Shown piece by piece: positions 57,976 to 64,000 of a stretch of DNA of 64,000 nt (positions within the stretch are counted from its first letter, which is position 1; every line of letters starts with the position of its first letter). A model generated the notes under the pieces. It was not told the origin of the DNA. It was given only the letters and a program-made list of their open reading frames with translations, and did no database searches. Source of the stretch: Daejeonella sp. (GTDB lineage Bacteria > Bacteroidota > Bacteroidia > Sphingobacteriales > Sphingobacteriaceae); NCBI RefSeq assembly GCF_030684675.1, contig NZ_JAUXXZ010000066.1, positions 18,728 to 82,727 on the forward strand, written 5' to 3'. Both the position numbers and the translations under genes were made by a program.

Positions 57976-59037
57976 ATGTTCAACATAGATAATATACTTC
58001 GTAAAAATATAAAGGAGCTGGTGCCTTATTCATCTGCAAGGGATGAATTTAAGGGTGAAGCATCGGTTTTTCTGGATGCCAATGAGAACAGTTATGGCTC
58101 ACCATTAAACCACAATTACAATCGTTATCCTGACCCGCTGCAATGGAAGGTCAAAAATCGCCTTGCTGAAATAAAAGGAGTGCCTGCTAAGAATATTTTC
58201 TTAGGGAATGGAAGTGACGAAGCCATTGACATACTTTTCAGAGCATTTTGCAATCCAGGTGTGGATAATGTAATAACCCTTCCTCCTACTTATGGAATGT
58301 ATGAGGTTTCTGCAAATATCAATAATGTCAGATTACGAAAAGTACCACTCAGGACTGATTATCAGCTGAATATGGAAGCTATTGCAGAAGCTATTGATGA
58401 GCATACCAGAATCATATTTATCTGCTCTCCTAATAACCCAACCGGAAACTCCATTGACAGAAAGGATATTGAAACCATTCTTGCCAACTTTAACGGTCTG
58501 GTGGTTATTGATGAAGCGTATATTAATTACAGCAGGCAAAAAACTTTTATTCAGGAACTGACTGAATATTCGAATCTGGTTATACTTCAGACCTTATCAA
58601 AAGCCTGGGGACTTGCCGGATTGAGAGTTGGAATGGCATTTGCGAGTGAAGAAATTATTGAAATTTTCAATAAAGTAAAGCCTCCGTATAATATTAATGA
58701 AGCATCACAGGAACTGGCTCTTGAAGCATTGCAAAATGTGGATCAGATAAACAGCTGGATCAAAGAAACTGTTGCAGAACGCGAGAAATTAATAGCTGAA
58801 CTCGCCCAAATCTCATCTGTCCTGAAAATATACCCCTCAGATGCGAATTTCATTCTTGTGAAAACAAGCAATCCAAAAGGTATTTACAGCCGCCTCGTCA
58901 ATTTGGGGATCATTGTACGCGACCGTTCAAAAGTTGAACTTTGTGAAGGCTGTCTAAGGATCACAATCGGCACGCCGCAAGAAAATATAGAATTATTAAA
59001 CGCGTTAAAATCCTTTCAGGAATCTGATAAAATATGA
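57976..59037 (+). CDS. hisC: Histidinol-phosphate aminotransferase
   Basis: LDANEN, NRYPDP, GNGSDE, CSPNNPTG, DEAY and TLSKAWGLAGLRVG motifs. Confidence 0.96.
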   Translation: MFNIDNILRKNIKELVPYSSARDEFKGEASVFLDANENSYGSPLNHNYNRYPDPLQWKVKNRLAEIKGVPAKNIFLGNGSDEAIDILFRAFCNPGVDNVITLPPTYGMYEVSANINNVRLRKVPLRTDYQLNMEAIAEAIDEHTRIIFICSPNNPTGNSIDRKDIETILANFNGLVVIDEAYINYSRQKTFIQELTEYSNLVILQTLSKAWGLAGLRVGMAFASEEIIEIFNKVKPPYNINEASQELALEALQNVDQINSWIKETVAEREKLIAELAQISSVLKIYPSDANFILVKTSNPKGIYSRLVNLGIIVRDRSKVELCEGCLRITIGTPQENIELLNALKSFQESDKI

Positions 59038-60128
59038 AAAAGGTATTGTTTATAGACCGCGATGGAACCATGATCGCAGAACCACCTATCGATTTACAGG
59101 TTGATAGCCTGGAAAAACTGGAGTTCCTGCCCTATGCGATCTCATCTCTGAAAAAGCTACAGGATTATGGCTACGAATTAGTGATGGTCAGCAATCAGGA
59201 CGGAAGAGGCACAAGCAGCTTCCCAGAGGAGGATTTCCAGAAACCACATCAGAAAATGCTGAGAATTCTGGCAAATGAAGGTATAGAGTTTACAGAAATT
59301 TTTATCGATGATTCCTTTCCGGACGATAATAGTCCGAATCGCAAGCCAAATACCGGACTATTAACTAATTACCTGATATCCAACCTAATTGACCTGCATA
59401 ATTCCTATACTATAGGCGACAGGGAAACGGATGTTCAGCTTGCGCAAAATCTTGGATGTAAGGCTATCTTTTTTTCAGACAGGAATTTGGGAAATACAGC
59501 CCTGAACAGCAATAGCTGGCCTGAGATCTGCAAATTTCTAACTGGTAAAAAAGACAGGCTGGTTGAACTTGAACGCAATACGAAGGAAACGAAGATCCGG
59601 CTTAGTCTGAATCTGGATGGGAACGGCGAACATAAGATTGATACCGGATTGAAATTCTATGATCATATGCTCGATCAACTCGCAAAGCACTCAGGTGTTG
59701 ACCTGGTTCTGAAGGTTGAGGGTGATCTGGAAATTGATGAACACCATACGATAGAAGACAGTGCGATTGCATTGGGTAAAGCCTTTAAACAGGCACTGGG
59801 AGATAAGCGCGGAATTGAGCGCTATGGATTCCTTTTGCCTATGGATGAAGCTCTTGTTCAATGCGCCATTGATTTTTCTGACCGGGCTTATTTTATTTAT
59901 GAAGGCAAATTCGACCGGGAATATGTAGGTGATTTCCCAACAGAAATGTTTGAACATTGGATGAAATCATTCTCTGAACATGCCGGAATGAATTTAAACT
60001 TAAAAATTATTGACGGGAGCAATACCCACCATATGATAGAAGCCAGCTTTAAAGCCCTGGCTAAAAGCATTAAACAAGCGATTCAAATAACCGGAACAGA
60101 ATTGCCAAGTACTAAAGGAGTATTATGA
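59034..60128 (+). CDS. hisB: Bifunctional histidinol-phosphatase / imidazoleglycerol-phosphate dehydratase
   Basis: DRDGT HAD motif; DEHHTIED, PMDEAL and NTHHMIEA motifs. Confidence 0.95.
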   Translation: MKKVLFIDRDGTMIAEPPIDLQVDSLEKLEFLPYAISSLKKLQDYGYELVMVSNQDGRGTSSFPEEDFQKPHQKMLRILANEGIEFTEIFIDDSFPDDNSPNRKPNTGLLTNYLISNLIDLHNSYTIGDRETDVQLAQNLGCKAIFFSDRNLGNTALNSNSWPEICKFLTGKKDRLVELERNTKETKIRLSLNLDGNGEHKIDTGLKFYDHMLDQLAKHSGVDLVLKVEGDLEIDEHHTIEDSAIALGKAFKQALGDKRGIERYGFLLPMDEALVQCAIDFSDRAYFIYEGKFDREYVGDFPTEMFEHWMKSFSEHAGMNLNLKIIDGSNTHHMIEASFKALAKSIKQAIQITGTELPSTKGVL

Positions 60129-60718
60129 TCGGTATAGTATATTATGGTGCCGGAAATATTTTTTCGTTAACAGCTGCACTTGATCGCCTTGGCTTAAGTT
60201 ATGGGATGATCAAAACAGCTGAAGACTTTGAAAAATATGACCGCTATATTATTCCTGGTGTAGGTCATGCAGGTTCTGCCATGCAAAAGCTGAAAGATAC
60301 CGGTCTGGTGCCTTCCATTATTGCTCTCAGGAAACCTGTGCTTGGAATATGTGTGGGAATGCAATTGTTAACCACTCATTCTGAGGAAGGTGATTCTGCA
60401 CTTACAGGTATTATTCCATTGGAAACAAGGCTTTTCAGCAACAAACTGAACGTTAAGGTACCACATACAGGATGGAATAAAGTCTTTCAGTCATCTGTTA
60501 ATCCTTTATTCAGTGATATCACACCGGGAACTCATTTTTATTTTGTTCATTCCTATTATATAGAATTTAATTCTATTTTTACGATTGCTTTAGCAGAATA
60601 CGGAATAAAATTCTCTGCTGTTATACAGAAAGATAACTTTTATGGCGTTCAGTTTCATCCGGAAAAATCCGGTATTGCCGGCGAACAATTATTGAAAAAT
60701 TTTGCACACTTAGCATAA
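60125..60718 (+). CDS. hisH: Imidazole glycerol phosphate synthase glutaminase subunit
   Basis: PGVG, LGICVGMQ, FYFVHSY and QFHPEKS motifs. Confidence 0.96.
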   Translation: MIGIVYYGAGNIFSLTAALDRLGLSYGMIKTAEDFEKYDRYIIPGVGHAGSAMQKLKDTGLVPSIIALRKPVLGICVGMQLLTTHSEEGDSALTGIIPLETRLFSNKLNVKVPHTGWNKVFQSSVNPLFSDITPGTHFYFVHSYYIEFNSIFTIALAEYGIKFSAVIQKDNFYGVQFHPEKSGIAGEQLLKNFAHLA

Positions 60719-60722
60719 ACTC

Positions 60723-61472
60723 ATGTATATAATTCCAGCTATTGATATTTTAAACGGAAAAGTTGTCCGTTTACGCGAAGGTGATTACGAGCAGGCAACA
60801 TTTTATGATGTTACCCTCGAGGAGATGATTGAAAAATACAAATCTAATGGCACAGAGTTCATTCATATCATTGATCTTAATGGTGCCAAGGGTGATTTTA
60901 GCAATCAGAAATATCTGTTTGATATTATCAATAAGACAAGTATTAAGATCCAGTACGGTGGTGGTATCAGAAGCATAGATAAAGTGAAAGAACTAATTGA
61001 TGCCGGAGTCCACCGGGTTATAGTTGGAACTCAGGCAATCACAAATGTAAATTTCCTTAAGGAATTAAGTGAGGAAGTTTGCGGTAAAGAGAAATGTCAG
61101 GATCAGGTTGTTGTAGCTATCGATGTACTTGATGAAGTAATCAAATATTCGGGATGGATGGAAAGTTCTCCGATTAAACTGATGGATTATGTTGATAAAT
61201 GCTTAAATCTTGGGTTTTTCAGATTTCTCTGTACTGATATTGATAAAGATGGTAAACTGGGTGGTGCAGGAGTAAGTCTTTACAAAAAACTGCTTGAACA
61301 CTCCCCTTTTATAAAACTAATTGCTTCAGGTGGAATAAGTTCAATGAAGGATATTGAAGATCTGCAGAAGATCAAAGTAGAATCATGCGTTGTTGGAAAA
61401 GCAATTTATGAAGGAAGAATTTCGATAGAAGAAATTAAGGACTGGAATCTGAAAGCGTTGATTAGTTTCTAA
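60723..61472 (+). CDS. hisA: ProFAR isomerase
   Basis: IIPAIDI..GKVVRL, HIIDLNGA, GGGIR, TDIDKDG and ASGG motifs. Confidence 0.95.
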   Translation: MYIIPAIDILNGKVVRLREGDYEQATFYDVTLEEMIEKYKSNGTEFIHIIDLNGAKGDFSNQKYLFDIINKTSIKIQYGGGIRSIDKVKELIDAGVHRVIVGTQAITNVNFLKELSEEVCGKEKCQDQVVVAIDVLDEVIKYSGWMESSPIKLMDYVDKCLNLGFFRFLCTDIDKDGKLGGAGVSLYKKLLEHSPFIKLIASGGISSMKDIEDLQKIKVESCVVGKAIYEGRISIEEIKDWNLKALISF

Positions 61473-61587
61473 GATTCTGCATTTTTCTAAGAGCCAGGAA
61501 ATTTGGTTTGTCCTTAGTCAGGCAATTAATTAAATCGTTTTACGATCAAAGACCCGTATGAATATGGGTATTATATTTATCTAAGTT

Positions 61588-62388
61588 TTGGAATCCTCAA
61601 GCCTACAAACTGAAGTTATTAAGTCAGGCAATGATCTGGCAAAACGAATCATTCCTTGTCTGGATGTAAAAGATGGCCGCACAGTTAAGGGCGTCAATTT
61701 TGTTGCATTACGTGATGCCGGTGATCCTGTTGAACTTGCCTATCAGTATTCACGACAGGGTGCAGATGAACTTGTATTTCTGGATATTACTGCTACTCAT
61801 GAGAGACGAAAAACCATAGTTGAACTGGTTAAAGCTGTTGCCCGGCAGGTAAATATTCCATTTACCATTGGCGGTGGAATAAATGAGATCTCTGATGCCG
61901 ACATTCTTCTTAACTCAGGAGCTGATAAAATATCCGTAAATTCTGCGGTTGTAAGAAACCCGGCCTTCATAGATGAACTCGCACTGGCCTTTGGTAAGCA
62001 GTTCGTTGTAGTAGCTATCGACACCAAGCATATAAATGGCAAAAACTATGTTCATTTAAATGGCGGACGTATAGCTACTGAAATTGAAACAGAGGACTGG
62101 ATAAGAGAAGCAGAAAGCAGAGGCGCAGGAGAAATCCTTCTGACTTCTATGGACCATGATGGCACGAAAGCGGGTTTTGACAATGGCCTGTTAAAGAAAA
62201 TAAATGATACACTGAGCATTCCTTTGATTGCCTCCGGCGGTGCCGGAAATATTCAGGACTTTGTGGATGTGTTTAAAATAAGTAATGCTGATGCAGCACT
62301 TGCGGCTTCGGTTTTTCATTACGGTGAAATACTGATCCCTGATCTTAAAAAAGTGCTGCAGCAAAATAATATCGAGGTTAGAATATAA
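61588..62388 (+). CDS. hisF: Imidazole glycerol phosphate synthase cyclase subunit (start uncertain)
   Basis: [28 protein letters not shown] and ALAASVFH motifs; no in-frame ATG near the expected start. Confidence 0.93.
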   Translation: MESSSLQTEVIKSGNDLAKRIIPCLDVKDGRTVKGVNFVALRDAGDPVELAYQYSRQGADELVFLDITATHERRKTIVELVKAVARQVNIPFTIGGGINEISDADILLNSGADKISVNSAVVRNPAFIDELALAFGKQFVVVAIDTKHINGKNYVHLNGGRIATEIETEDWIREAESRGAGEILLTSMDHDGTKAGFDNGLLKKINDTLSIPLIASGGAGNIQDFVDVFKISNADAALAASVFHYGEILIPDLKKVLQQNNIEVRI

Positions 62389-62399
62389 GTCCGGAGAAA

Positions 62400-62993
62400 A
62401 TGACGATTGATTTCAATAAAGGAGAAGGTCTGGTACCTGCAATTATTCAGGATGAGCAAACACTGGAAGTGCTTATGCTTGGTTACATGAATGCAGAAGC
62501 ATATCAGAAAACGGTGTCTGAAAATAAGGTTACTTTCTTTTCAAGGACGAAAAACCGTTTGTGGACAAAAGGTGAAGAAAGCGGAAACTTTCTTCATGTG
62601 GTATCCATCGCTGAGGACTGCGATAATGATACCCTGCTGATCAAGGTAAATCCGGTCGGGCCAACCTGTCACAAAGGCAACAGAAGCTGTTTTGATACGG
62701 CTTTTAACCAGAATTTCATCTTTGAACTGGAGAAAATCATTGGAGATCGTTATGCAAATCCAGTCGAAGGATCTTATGTCAACAAGCTTCGTAATAAAGG
62801 ACTGAACAAGATTGCGCAAAAGGTTGGTGAAGAGGGTGTTGAAACTGTGATCGCTGCGCTGAATGAAACAGAGCATGACTTAATCAATGAGGCGTCCGAT
62901 CTGGTGTTTCACCTGCTGGTATTATTGAAAGAAAAGAATGTCAGTCTCGAAAAAATTGCCCAAAACCTGGAAGGCAGACATTCGGGAAAATAA
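62400..62993 (+). CDS. hisIE: Bifunctional phosphoribosyl-AMP cyclohydrolase / phosphoribosyl-ATP pyrophosphatase
   Basis: LWTKGEESG, DCDNDTL, PTCH..SCF, KVGEE and DLVFH motifs. Confidence 0.96.
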   Translation: MTIDFNKGEGLVPAIIQDEQTLEVLMLGYMNAEAYQKTVSENKVTFFSRTKNRLWTKGEESGNFLHVVSIAEDCDNDTLLIKVNPVGPTCHKGNRSCFDTAFNQNFIFELEKIIGDRYANPVEGSYVNKLRNKGLNKIAQKVGEEGVETVIAALNETEHDLINEASDLVFHLLVLLKEKNVSLEKIAQNLEGRHSGK

Positions 62994-63014
62994 TTTTTTG
63001 AACACCTTCCGAAT

Positions 63015-63932
63015 ATGATCGAGATTCAAAACACAGCCACTTTATCGGGGCATCAGAACCCTATTTTCACTGTCGAGAATTCTCAGAAAGCAGGGATAAT
63101 CTTTACAGGAGGAAATGATAAAGGAGTTGTGGAGTGGAATGTAAAAACTCCGGGCTTTATCAAGGTGCTTTTCCCGGTAAAATCATCTGTATATAGTCTT
63201 CATTGCCCGGTTTCAGCACCACTCCTTCTTGCTGCTGAGCGTAGCGGGCAGGTGGATGTCTTTAATTTTGAGGAACAAAAGATTGTAGCTGTATTAGATC
63301 ACCATAAACTTCCGGTTTTTGATATCAAATCTGTATCCTCTAAAAATGAACTGATTATTTCATCTGAAGATGGTACCGTAAGTATCTGGGATATTAAAAG
63401 CCTGAATCTGTTATTTTCATTCAAGGTCTCCTCAGAAACAGTCAGGGTGATAAGTATCAGTCCGGATGAAAAAACAGTTGCTTTCGGTTGTAAGGATAAT
63501 ACGATCAGGATATACAATCTTGAAGATTATAGCCTGATTCATATTATTGATGAGCATACGATGCCCATCAGTTCAATCCAGTTTTCTCCGGATGGGAAAC
63601 ACCTTTTATCAGGAAGCAGGGATGCTCAGTTGAAGATCTGGAGCAGTTCCGATTATTCCCTGGTTCAAAGTATTCCGGCACATTTATTTTCGATTTATAG
63701 TATCGCCTTTCACCCCGATCTGCCTTTTATGGCCACTGCAAGCAGAGATAAAAGTATCAAGATTTGGGATACAGAAACTTATAGCTTAAAGAAAACCATC
63801 AGTCTTGAAAAAGGATACAATGCCCATCGCCTGTCCATCAATAAAATCATTTGGGAATCAGTTGATAATCAACTCATTTCAGTTAGCGATGATAAATTGT
63901 TGAAGATTTGGAAAGTAGAGTTTGGTGGGTAG
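63015..63932 (+). CDS. WD40-repeat beta-propeller protein
   Basis: Repeated GH/H..SS.DG.V.IWD, GSRDAQLKIW and ASRDKSIKIWD units. Confidence 0.9.
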   Translation: MIEIQNTATLSGHQNPIFTVENSQKAGIIFTGGNDKGVVEWNVKTPGFIKVLFPVKSSVYSLHCPVSAPLLLAAERSGQVDVFNFEEQKIVAVLDHHKLPVFDIKSVSSKNELIISSEDGTVSIWDIKSLNLLFSFKVSSETVRVISISPDEKTVAFGCKDNTIRIYNLEDYSLIHIIDEHTMPISSIQFSPDGKHLLSGSRDAQLKIWSSSDYSLVQSIPAHLFSIYSIAFHPDLPFMATASRDKSIKIWDTETYSLKKTISLEKGYNAHRLSINKIIWESVDNQLISVSDDKLLKIWKVEFGG

Positions 63933-63960
63933 TTGTTGGTTGTTAGTTGTTGGTTGCTGG
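63930..63960. repeat. Heptamer array T(A/G)GTTG(T/C) x4 plus partial
   Basis: Begins at the WD40 stop codon; 18 nt identical to 37412-37429. Confidence 0.8.
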
Positions 63961-64000
63961 TAAATTTTCGGTTCATTGCAAACTTAATTTTCAATGCCAT

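Noticed and set aside
59034-59560. Missing Zn-binding cysteines in the HisB phosphatase domain (NSPNRKP rather than CxCRKP)
   Set aside because: As I recall this is a common Bacteroidota variant; the HAD motifs are intact.
63015-63932. WD40 protein as a eukaryote-derived novelty
   Set aside because: WD40 proteins are widespread in bacteria, and nothing in the sequence suggests recent transfer.

Overview
Chromosomal segment of a Bacteroidota bacterium. The SusC/SusD pairs, TAnnTTTG promoters, T9SS C-terminal domain and gene style suggest Sphingobacteriaceae; the family call is inference. Positions 1-35065 form one minus-strand accessory locus of 24 genes, cut off at the left window edge. It holds five SelA/DgaE-like PLP enzymes, four COG3964-type amidohydrolases, two RidA proteins, a PIG-L deacetylase, a lactonase, a cytochrome c-PQQ sugar dehydrogenase fusion, a CBM9-like protein, an unknown oxidoreductase-like protein and two ECF-sigma/FecR/SusC/SusD modules. 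Every enzyme carries a predicted export signal (nine twin-arginine, the rest Sec-type). No glycoside hydrolase, kinase or PTS gene is visible. My main hypothesis is an undescribed periplasmic, non-phosphorylative route for amino-sugar acids or N-acyl-amino acids: oxidation, lactone hydrolysis, deacetylation, PLP deamination and periplasmic RidA clean-up. Both susC leaders also appear to encode cis-antisense sRNAs. Positions 35.4-64 kb are mostly core genes: deaD, gpsA, MacA-like/TolC, a FabF-like enzyme, queD, aconitase, a T9SS cargo protein, rlmH, a cyclophilin, the hisGDCBHAF(IE) operon with an unannotated His-rich leader peptide, and a WD40 protein. This half also has heptamer tandem arrays, a 180-bp dispersed repeat, a REP-like pair and a frameshifted four-helix-bundle gene. 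No rRNA, tRNA, CRISPR array, integrase or intact transposase was seen. All family assignments come from motif recognition by eye; no searches were run.
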